From Acidimicrobiia bacterium (GTDB lineage: Bacteria > Actinomycetota > Acidimicrobiia > Acidimicrobiales > CAIXPF01), in contig WHTX01000003.1 of NCBI GenBank assembly GCA_009377505.1, positions 1 through 48,899 on the forward strand: a stretch of 48,899 bases of DNA, written 5' to 3'. The position numbers and the translations under genes are program-made. This document shows positions 37,624-44,928 of this stretch, piece by piece. The first letter of the stretch is position 1. Each line of letters starts with the position of its first letter. The notes beneath the pieces were generated by a model, which was not told where the DNA came from, made no database searches, and saw nothing but the letters and a program-made list of their open reading frames with translations.

Positions 37624-37711
37624 GCGACTGGTTGTGGGCCCTCTCCCCCCGGCTGAGGGTTCCACAACCCGTGAGCGAACAGTCTGACCAGGTGAAACGG
37701 CCCGCTATGCT
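37590..37711 (-). ncRNA. Candidate small RNA (~122 nt) with three hairpins and a G-rich loop
   Basis: Own sigmaA promoter, stems AGCGGGC/GUUCGCU and GGUUGUGG/CCACAACC, loop AGCCGGGGGGA, intrinsic terminator; no credible ORF. Confidence 0.62.
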
Positions 37712-37718
37712 GACGGTC

Positions 37719-37747
37719 ACAGTAGTGCCGGGCGCCACAGGTGTCAA
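37719..37747 (-). promoter_or_regulatory. SigmaA-type promoter
   Basis: TTGACA (37747-37742), 17-nt spacer, TACTGT (37724-37719). Confidence 0.75.
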
Positions 37748-37780
37748 GGCGTCGGCCTCGGCGGCGAAGGTGGGCCTCGT

Positions 37781-37858
37781 TCAGCTCCGCCGGCTGCGGA
37801 CCGCGGCGAGGACCACGAGGGCCAGGCCGGCGACGGCGACGAGGGCGAGGAGGAACAC
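37781..37858 (-). CDS. 25-aa leaderless single-transmembrane small protein (MFLLALVAVAGLALVVLAAVRSRRS)
   Basis: TAGCGT -10 6 nt before GTG, the same layout as many genes here; all codons end in G/C; hydrophobic helix plus basic tail. Confidence 0.5.
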   Translation of the reverse strand: MFLLALVAVAGLALVVLAAVRSRRS

Positions 37859-37983
37859 GCCACGACGCTAGGCCAGCGCCGGGCGCCGTCCCCAGCCACC
37901 CGGGCGACGCCTGGACGGCGGAGGGGTAGGGTCGGCCCAGGACGCCGGCGCGACGCGTGCCGCGAAATCGGAGGGGGCCGTCC

Positions 37984-39201
37984 ATGGCGTTGTCACCGTT
38001 CCTGCACCCGTTCGCCCAGCCCGCCAAGCCCGCCTCGGGCTTCACCACGCTGGTCGGGGGCGAAGGCTCCGTGGTCTGGGACGACAAGGGGCGGCGCTAC
38101 ATCGACGCCATGGCCAGCCTCTGGTACTGCAACGCCGGCCACGGCGAGCAGCGCATCATCGACGCCATCAGCGCCCAGCTGCAGAGCCTGGCCACCTACA
38201 ACACCTTCGACCCGTGGACGAACGAGCCCACCGAGCGCCTCGCCGCCCAGATCGTCGAGGTGGCGCCGATGCCCGGCTCGCGGGTGTTCTTCACCTGCTC
38301 GGGCTCGGAGGCCGTGGACAGCGCCCTCAAGCTGGCGCACCTGACGCACTTCCTCGAAGGCCACCCCGAGCGCCAGCTCGTCGCCTCCCGGGAGCAGGGC
38401 TACCACGGCGTCGCCTACGGGGGAACCTCGGCCCAGGGCATCCCTGCCAACAAGGAAGGGTGGGGCGAGCTGGTGCCCGGCTTCGTCCACCTGCCCACCA
38501 ACGACATCGAGGCCGCGTCCCGGGCCTTCGCCGAGCACGGCGACCGCATCGGCACCGTCATCGCCGAGCCGGTGCAGGGCGCGGGCGGGGTGATCCCCCC
38601 CGCGCCCGGCTACCTGGCCGGCCTGCGGCGCCTCTGCGACGACCACGGCACCCTGCTCATCATGGACGAGGTCATCTGCGCCTGGGGCCGGCTCGGGCAG
38701 TGGTTCGGCTCCCAGCACTACGGGGTCGAGCCCGACCTCGTGACCTTCGCCAAGGGCGTCACCTCCGGCTACGTGCCCCTCGGCGGCGTGGTCGTCGGCG
38801 GGCGGGCCCGGGCCGCGCTCGAGTCCGACCCCACGTACCTGCTGCGCCACGGCCACACCTACTCGGGCCATCCCACCTGCACCGCGGCCGGTGTGGCCAC
38901 CCTCGAGCTCTACAAGACCGACGGGCTGATCGAGCGGTCGGTCACCGTGGGCAAGCTCCTGGCCGACGGGCTCGGGGCCCTCGCGGACGACGGCATCATC
39001 GCCGGCGCCCGGGGCGAGGGGGCCGTCTGGGCGGCGGAGCTGCACGAGGGCGTCGACAGCACCGCCGTGCGCAATCGCATGCTCGAGGCCGGTGTGATCG
39101 CCCGGCCCCTCGCCGACGCGGTCGCGTTCTGCCCGCCCCTGGTCATAACCGAGGCCGAGATCGCCCGCTGCATCGACGCCCTCGCCGGGGCCGTGCGCTG
39201 A
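37984..39201 (+). CDS. Class III PLP-dependent aminotransferase (omega-amino acid/polyamine type)
   Basis: YIDAMASLW, SGSEAVD, YHG, AEPVQGAGG, DEVICAWGRLG, TFAKGVTSGYVPL, GHTYSGHP. Confidence 0.94.
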   Translation: MALSPFLHPFAQPAKPASGFTTLVGGEGSVVWDDKGRRYIDAMASLWYCNAGHGEQRIIDAISAQLQSLATYNTFDPWTNEPTERLAAQIVEVAPMPGSRVFFTCSGSEAVDSALKLAHLTHFLEGHPERQLVASREQGYHGVAYGGTSAQGIPANKEGWGELVPGFVHLPTNDIEAASRAFAEHGDRIGTVIAEPVQGAGGVIPPAPGYLAGLRRLCDDHGTLLIMDEVICAWGRLGQWFGSQHYGVEPDLVTFAKGVTSGYVPLGGVVVGGRARAALESDPTYLLRHGHTYSGHPTCTAAGVATLELYKTDGLIERSVTVGKLLADGLGALADDGIIAGARGEGAVWAAELHEGVDSTAVRNRMLEAGVIARPLADAVAFCPPLVITEAEIARCIDALAGAVR

Positions 39202-39313
39202 GCGGACGGGGCCTGGGCGGCCGGCCTCGCCGGCGCCGGGCGGGGCGGTGGTGGGCCGGGGCCGGGTCGGGCGGTCCACCAGGATGGCGGGGAGCTGGGC
39301 GATACTGGCGGGG

Positions 39314-39694
39314 GTGGGATGGCGGAGACAGCGGTCGCGACACAGGGCCCTGGCGGGCGTCGCCCTCTTGGCCGTTCCTGGCGCGGCCGCGGGCTGCCGG
39401 GAGGACGCGCCGGCTGCCCAACCGCCGGTGACGGTGACGATCGAGACGACCACCATCCCCACCGCGCCGCCGTCGGCCCCGCCGCCCTCGACGACGTCTA
39501 CGACGGTGGCCGGAGTGGCCTACGTGGTGGTCAGCGGCGACACCGTCTCGGGCATCGCCGCCCGGTTCGGCGTCAGCGTTGCCGCCATCATCAGCGCCAA
39601 CCCCATCGCCGACCCGAGCGTGCTCAGCATCGGCCAGACGCTGATCGTGCCGGCCGCGCAAGGTGCCACGACCACCACGCTGCCCACGCAGTAG
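39314..39694 (+). CDS. LysM-domain lipoprotein
   Basis: AAGC lipobox, Pro/Thr linker, YVVVSGDTVSGIAARFGVS…N…LSIGQTLIVP. Start chosen from a GATACT -10-like element. Confidence 0.85.
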   Translation: MGWRRQRSRHRALAGVALLAVPGAAAGCREDAPAAQPPVTVTIETTTIPTAPPSAPPPSTTSTTVAGVAYVVVSGDTVSGIAARFGVSVAAIISANPIADPSVLSIGQTLIVPAAQGATTTTLPTQ

Positions 39695-39745
39695 CCAGTA
39701 GGACGGCTGCGGGGCGGGAACCCCTCGACGGGTAGCCTTGGCGCC

Positions 39746-41326
39746 GTGAGCGGCACCCCAGCCGAAGCCGGCCCCCCGGCGGCGAACGACGTGCTCGCGG
39801 CCGTGGACATCGGCACGAACAGCTTCCACCTGGTGGTGGCGCGCATCCTGGCCAACGGGCGCTTCGAGGTGCTCGACACCGAGAAGGAGATGGTCCGGCT
39901 CGGCTCGGGCTCGGGCGACATGAAGCACCTCGAGCCCGAGGCCATGGATCGGGGCATCGCCTGCCTGCGCCGGTTCCGCCAGGTGGCGGACATCCACCGA
40001 GCCACGTTGCGGGCCGTCGCCACCTCGGCCGTGCGCGAGGCCGAGAACCAGGCCGAGTTCATCGAGCGCTGCCACGACGAAGCCGGCGTGGCCGTGGAGG
40101 TGGTCAGCGGGGTCGAGGAGGCGCGGCTCATCCACCTCGGTGTGCTGCAGGCGCTGTCCGTCTACGACAAGCAACTGCTGCTCGTCGACATCGGTGGCGG
40201 GTCGACGGAGTTCCTGGTGGGCAAGGCCGACGAGATGCTGTGGGCCCGCAGCCTCAAGCTCGGCGCGATCCGGCTGACGGAGCGGTTCTTCGCTGACGGC
40301 CGCACGAGCGCCAAGCGCGCCGCCCGGTGCCGGGACTACGTCCGCTCCTTCCTCGCCGCCTCCGTGGGCGAGGCCGTGGCCCACGGCTTCGACGTGGCCG
40401 TCGGCTCCTCGGGCACCATCGAGGCCATCGTGTCCCTGGTCGTCAACCGCCGCACCGGGCAGTCGCCGCACAGCCTCAACGGGGCCAAGGTCACCGCCGC
40501 CGAGGTGGACGACGCCGTCGAGGCGATCCTCGCCGCGGGGCCGGACGGGCGGGCACGGCTACCCGGCGTCGAGGCCCGGCGCGCCGACATCCTGCCGGCG
40601 GGGGCGCTGCTGCTGCAGACCGTGGTGCAGGAGCTGGCCATCGCCGAGCTCACCTTCTCCGCCTACGCGCTGCGGGAGGGGGCGCTGCTCGACCATGCCC
40701 GCAGCCGGGGGCCGAGCGGTGACCACCACCTCTCCGACCTGCGCCGCTCCTCGGTCGAGCACCTGCTCGACCGCTTCGAGGAGGACCGGGCGCATGCCCG
40801 CTGGAGCACCGAGCTCGCCGTGCAGGTCTTCCTCCAGACCCGGGGCCTGCACCGCCGGGGCGACGAGTGCCTGGACGCGCTCGAGGCCGGCGGCCTGCTC
40901 GCCAACATCGGCCGGGCCGTCGCCTACGACGCCCACCACAAGCACTCGTACTACCTGATCCGCCACAGCGAGCAGTTGACCGGCTTCACGAGCCGTGAGA
41001 TCGAGCTGATCGCCCAGGTCGCCCGCTACCACCGCAAGAGCGGGCCCAAGCTGAAGCACCCCGAGCACGCGGCACTGGCGGCCGACGACCAGCAGGTCGT
41101 GGCGCTGCTCGCCGGCGTGCTGCGGGTCGGCATCGGGCTCGACCGCAGCCAGCGCCAGGCGGTGGAGGCGGTGCGCTGCCACTGGGACCCCGAGGCTGAG
41201 ACGCTCATCGTCGTGGCCCGTGTGGCGCCGGGGGCGGACGCCTCCCTGGAGCTGTACGCCGCCGATGCCCGCAAGGACCTGCTGGAAGAGGCCCTCGGGA
41301 CGCGCGTGCGCATCGTCGCCAGCTGA
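39746..41326 (+). CDS. ppx: Ppx/GppA family exopolyphosphatase with HD domain
   Basis: AVDIGTNSFH, ATSAVREA, SGVEEARL, DIGGGSTE, ALREG, HHKHSYYL, RYHRK. Confidence 0.93.
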   Translation: MSGTPAEAGPPAANDVLAAVDIGTNSFHLVVARILANGRFEVLDTEKEMVRLGSGSGDMKHLEPEAMDRGIACLRRFRQVADIHRATLRAVATSAVREAENQAEFIERCHDEAGVAVEVVSGVEEARLIHLGVLQALSVYDKQLLLVDIGGGSTEFLVGKADEMLWARSLKLGAIRLTERFFADGRTSAKRAARCRDYVRSFLAASVGEAVAHGFDVAVGSSGTIEAIVSLVVNRRTGQSPHSLNGAKVTAAEVDDAVEAILAAGPDGRARLPGVEARRADILPAGALLLQTVVQELAIAELTFSAYALREGALLDHARSRGPSGDHHLSDLRRSSVEHLLDRFEEDRAHARWSTELAVQVFLQTRGLHRRGDECLDALEAGGLLANIGRAVAYDAHHKHSYYLIRHSEQLTGFTSREIELIAQVARYHRKSGPKLKHPEHAALAADDQQVVALLAGVLRVGIGLDRSQRQAVEAVRCHWDPEAETLIVVARVAPGADASLELYAADARKDLLEEALGTRVRIVAS

Positions 41327-41384
41327 CAGCCGGTCCTTGGCTCAGCCCGTCTTGGCTCAGCCGGTCTTGGCTCAGCCGGTCTTG
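41327..41384. repeat. 15-bp tandem repeat (about 4 copies) duplicating the end of the phosphotransferase gene
   Basis: CAGCCGGTC(C)TTGGCT repeated; on the minus strand each unit reads approximately AAG ACC GGC TGA GCC. Confidence 0.8.
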
Positions 41385-42427
41385 ACGAGGTCGTGGGCCG
41401 CCTCGGCGAGGGCCTCGACCTGCAGGGTGTACTCGTCGGTGTCCACGTCGTCGCCGCCCATGACGCCTTTGAGGTAGCGGTTGAGCACACCCTCGACGAT
41501 GGCGGCGAGGCGCCAGTACTGGAAGGCCCGGTAGTAGTCCACCTGGCTCACGTCGCGCCCGGTCAGCTGGGCGTAGCGGCCGGTGAAGTCCTCCCGGGTG
41601 CTGAAACCGCCTGCCGTGGTCGGCGCTTGGGCGGCGCCCCGGTTCGAGGGGGCGTCCTCACCGGGCTGCACCCAGTTGTTCATGATGTAGCCGAGGTCGG
41701 CGAGGGGGTCGCCGAGCGTGCACAGCTCCCAATCGAGCACGGCGGCGACGCGACCATCAGGGCTGCTCAGCATGTTGCCGAGCCGGTAGTCGCCGTGGAC
41801 GATGGCGGAGCCCACCTGATCGGGCATGCGCGCCTCGAGGTGGGCGGCCACCTCTTCCATGATGGCCAGCTCCCGGGTCTTGGAGCCCTCCCACTGGGTG
41901 CGCCAGCGCTTGAGCTGGCGGGCGAGGTAGGCCTCGCGGCGCCCGAGGTCCCCGAGGCCCACCTCGTCGGGCTCGATGGCGTGCAGGCGGGCGAGCACCT
42001 CGACCACGTGCTCACCGAGGCCCTGGCGCGCCGCCGGCTCCAACTGGGCCTCGTCGACCTTGTCGGACGTGTCGAGGACGACGCCCTCGACGTAGCTCAT
42101 CACGTAGAACGGCGCGTCGTTGACGGCGACGTCCTCACAGAGCCCGAGCGCGGCCGGCACGGGGACGCCCCCGGCGCGGGCGACGCCCGAGATGATCTTG
42201 TGCTCTCGGGCCATGTCGTGCGCCGTGGCCAGCACGTGCCCGGTCGGCGGGCGGCGGAGCACGAAGTCCTTCCCGTCGGCGTCGGTGACCTTGTACGTGA
42301 GGTTCGAATGGCCACCGGCGATGAGCTCGAACGCCAATGGCCCGCGAGCACCCCCGATGTTCGCCTCGAACCACTTCGCCACGTCAGCGGCCCTGATGCC
42401 GACGATGTCGGCGCCGGGATCGGCCAT
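41372..42427 (-). CDS. Phosphotransferase family protein (APH/choline-kinase-like, ACAD10/11 N-terminal type)
   Basis: GGHSNLTY, VLRRPP, AHDMARE, HGDYRLGN, VLDWELCTLGDPLADLG. Confidence 0.92.
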   Translation of the reverse strand: MADPGADIVGIRAADVAKWFEANIGGARGPLAFELIAGGHSNLTYKVTDADGKDFVLRRPPTGHVLATAHDMAREHKIISGVARAGGVPVPAALGLCEDVAVNDAPFYVMSYVEGVVLDTSDKVDEAQLEPAARQGLGEHVVEVLARLHAIEPDEVGLGDLGRREAYLARQLKRWRTQWEGSKTRELAIMEEVAAHLEARMPDQVGSAIVHGDYRLGNMLSSPDGRVAAVLDWELCTLGDPLADLGYIMNNWVQPGEDAPSNRGAAQAPTTAGGFSTREDFTGRYAQLTGRDVSQVDYYRAFQYWRLAAIVEGVLNRYLKGVMGGDDVDTDEYTLQVEALAEAAHDLVKTG

Positions 42428-42599
42428 GTCGCTCCCCCTTCGTCCGGGGCAGGCACCCTACGTCGGCCCGTCGGGGGCCCACCACCTCCGCCGGCGGCCC
42501 CGCCCGGTCAGCCTGTCCCTCAGGCCGTGGTCACCTCGCCTGCCCTCGACGCGGATACCCACCCCAGCCCCCCGGAGGAGGATGGCTAGCGTGGGCACC

Positions 42600-43358
42600 A
42601 TGTCGACCGTAGACGGCTCCACCGCCACGCTCACCGGATTCGCCGCCCGCTGCGAGCAGGTCTCCAAGGTCTACGGCTCCGGCGACACCCAGGTCCGGGC
42701 GCTCGATGGGGTCTCCGTCGGGTTCGAGCGGGGCCGCTTCAGCGCCATCATGGGGCCCTCGGGATCGGGCAAGTCGACGCTCATGCACTGCATGGCCGGG
42801 CTCGATCGTCTCAGCTCCGGCCAGACGTGGGTGGGCGACAAGGAGGTCACCAAGCTCAACGACCGTGACCTGACCGAGCTGCGACGCGACCACATCGGCT
42901 TCGTCTTCCAGGCCTTCAACCTGGTGCCGACGCTCGACGCCCGCGAGAACATCACGCTGCCCATGGCCCTCGCCGGCCGCCAGGCCGACAGCAGCTGGCT
43001 CGACTCGGTGATCGACGCGGTGGGCCTGGGCGACCGGCTGAAGCACCGGCCTGCAGAGCTGTCGGGCGGCCAGCAGCAGCGCGTGGCCGTGGCCCGGGCC
43101 CTCGCCGGCCGGCCCGAGATCATCTTCGCCGACGAGCCGACCGGCAACCTCGACTCGCGTAGCGGGGCGGAGATCCTGGCCTTCATGCAGCGGGCGACCG
43201 TCGAGCTCGGCCAGACGATCGTGATGGTGACCCACGACCCCCTCGCCGCCAGCTACTCCGGCCGGGTGGTGTTCCTCGCCGACGGCCACATCGTGGGCGA
43301 GCTCCTGGACCCGACGCCGCAGCTGATCCTGGACGAGATGAAGCGCTACGGCGACTGA
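42600..43358 (+). CDS. ABC transporter ATP-binding protein (LolD/MacB-like)
   Basis: GPSGSGKST, FQAFNL, LSGGQQQRV, ADEPTGNLD, VTHD; TAGCGT -10 7 nt before ATG. Confidence 0.95.
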   Translation: MSTVDGSTATLTGFAARCEQVSKVYGSGDTQVRALDGVSVGFERGRFSAIMGPSGSGKSTLMHCMAGLDRLSSGQTWVGDKEVTKLNDRDLTELRRDHIGFVFQAFNLVPTLDARENITLPMALAGRQADSSWLDSVIDAVGLGDRLKHRPAELSGGQQQRVAVARALAGRPEIIFADEPTGNLDSRSGAEILAFMQRATVELGQTIVMVTHDPLAASYSGRVVFLADGHIVGELLDPTPQLILDEMKRYGD

Positions 43359-43511
43359 TCCAGGCCCGGCGGGCTTGCGGCCGAGGCCGGCCGGGCCGGC
43401 GGCCGAAAGGCGGCCGACGCGCACCTCCCGGCGCGTCAGGCGTCGCTGAGCGGCCGATGTCGCGCCGGGAGGCTACTGACGGGCCGCGTCCGCCGCTCGT
43501 ATCCTGCCCCC

Positions 43512-44720
43512 ATGGCATGGCGCGAGCACGTCGACGTGGCCATCGTCGGGGCCGGCATCCTCGGGCTGGCCACGGCCCGGGCGCTCGTGCTCGAGCGCCC
43601 CGACCTGTCCGTGGCCGTCTTCGACAAGGAGGACGGCATCGCCCGGCACCAGACGGGCAACAACTCGGGGGTCATACACGCCGGCGTCTACTACAAGCCC
43701 GGGTCGCTCAAGGCCCGCCTCACGCTGACCGGGCGGGCCGAGCTGGTCGAGCTGTGCCGGGAGCACGGCGTCCGCTACGACCTGTGCGGCAAGGTGATCG
43801 TGGCCACGAGGCCCGACGAGCTCCCCCGGCTCGAGGCGCTGGAGGGGCGGGCCACGGCGAACGGGGTGGCGGTCGAGCGCCTCGATGCCGCCGGGCTCCG
43901 CGAGCTCGAGCCCCACGCCGCCGGCGTCGCCGCCCTCCACGTGCCCTCCACCGGGATCGTCGACTTCCCGGCGGTGTGCGGGGTACTCGCTCGAGCCGTC
44001 ACCGAGAAGGGCCAGGAGCTGCACCTGGGCACGCCCGTGACGGGGCTGGTCGAGGAGGCCCACAGCGTCGTCGTGGAGGCCGGCGACGAGTACCTGCGAG
44101 CCGGGGTGGTGGTGAACTGCGCCGGGCTGCAGTCCGACCTCGTGGCGAACCTGGCGCCCACGAGCCACACCGACGTGCGGGTCATGCCCTTCCGTGGGGA
44201 GTACTACAAGCTCAAGGCACACCGCCGCGACCTGGTGCGGAACCTCATCTACCCCGTTCCCGACCCGGCGTTCCCGTTCCTGGGCGTGCACTTCACCCGC
44301 ATGATCGGCGGGGGCGTGGAGGCCGGGCCCAACGCCGTGCCCGCCCTCGCCCGGGAGGGCTACAGCTGGCGCCAGGTGCACGGGCGCGAGCTGGGCGAGG
44401 TGCTCCGGGCCCGCTCGAGCTGGGTGCTGTTGCGCAAGTACTGGCGGACCGAGCTGGGCGAGCTCTACCGTTCGGCCTCCAAGGCGGCCTTCGTCAAGGC
44501 GCTCCAGCGCCTGGTGCCCGACGTGCAGGCCGAGGACCTCGTGCGGGGCGGGGCCGGCGTGCGCGCCCAGGCCATCGCCCCCGACGGCACCCTCCTCGAC
44601 GACTTCGCCATCGTGGAGACGGCGAGGATGGTCCACGTGGTGAACGCCCCCTCCCCCGCGGCCACGGCCAGCCTCGCCATCGGCCGCCACATCGCCGGCC
44701 TGGTCACCGCCCACCTCTAG
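43512..44720 (+). CDS. lhgO: L-2-hydroxyglutarate oxidase
   Basis: VGAGILG, HQTGNNSGVIHAGVYYKPGSLKA, FRGEY, IYPVPDP.FPFLGVHFT, GVRAQA, NAPSPAATASLAIG. Confidence 0.93.
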   Translation: MAWREHVDVAIVGAGILGLATARALVLERPDLSVAVFDKEDGIARHQTGNNSGVIHAGVYYKPGSLKARLTLTGRAELVELCREHGVRYDLCGKVIVATRPDELPRLEALEGRATANGVAVERLDAAGLRELEPHAAGVAALHVPSTGIVDFPAVCGVLARAVTEKGQELHLGTPVTGLVEEAHSVVVEAGDEYLRAGVVVNCAGLQSDLVANLAPTSHTDVRVMPFRGEYYKLKAHRRDLVRNLIYPVPDPAFPFLGVHFTRMIGGGVEAGPNAVPALAREGYSWRQVHGRELGEVLRARSSWVLLRKYWRTELGELYRSASKAAFVKALQRLVPDVQAEDLVRGGAGVRAQAIAPDGTLLDDFAIVETARMVHVVNAPSPAATASLAIGRHIAGLVTAHL

Positions 44721-44725
44721 CGGCC

Positions 44726-44753
44726 CTGGACGAGTAGTTCCAAGGGTCGGGAG
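44726..44753 (+). repeat. Conserved ~29-bp intergenic motif, copy 3
   Basis: CTGGACGAGTAGTTCCAAGGGTCGGGAG, starting 6 nt after the lhgO stop. Confidence 0.7.
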
Positions 44754-44928
44754 GCCGAAGCGGTCGGTGGGGGGGAGGGACGGGCCGGCCGGGCCCTCGC
44801 TGGGGCGGGCTCGTGCGGCAAAGGCCGGGCTAGCGTGACGACGTGGTGGGGTGCGACGGCCGTGCCGTCGGGATCACCAAGCCGGGGGGGCGGGGTGGTC
44901 GGTCTGGTCCTGACCAGGGCCGGGGCGC

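Noticed and set aside
43424-43472. 12-bp inverted repeat between the ABC ATPase and lhgO as a MITE
   Set aside because: Pure GC stem with no target duplication or second copy; more likely a terminator-like hairpin.
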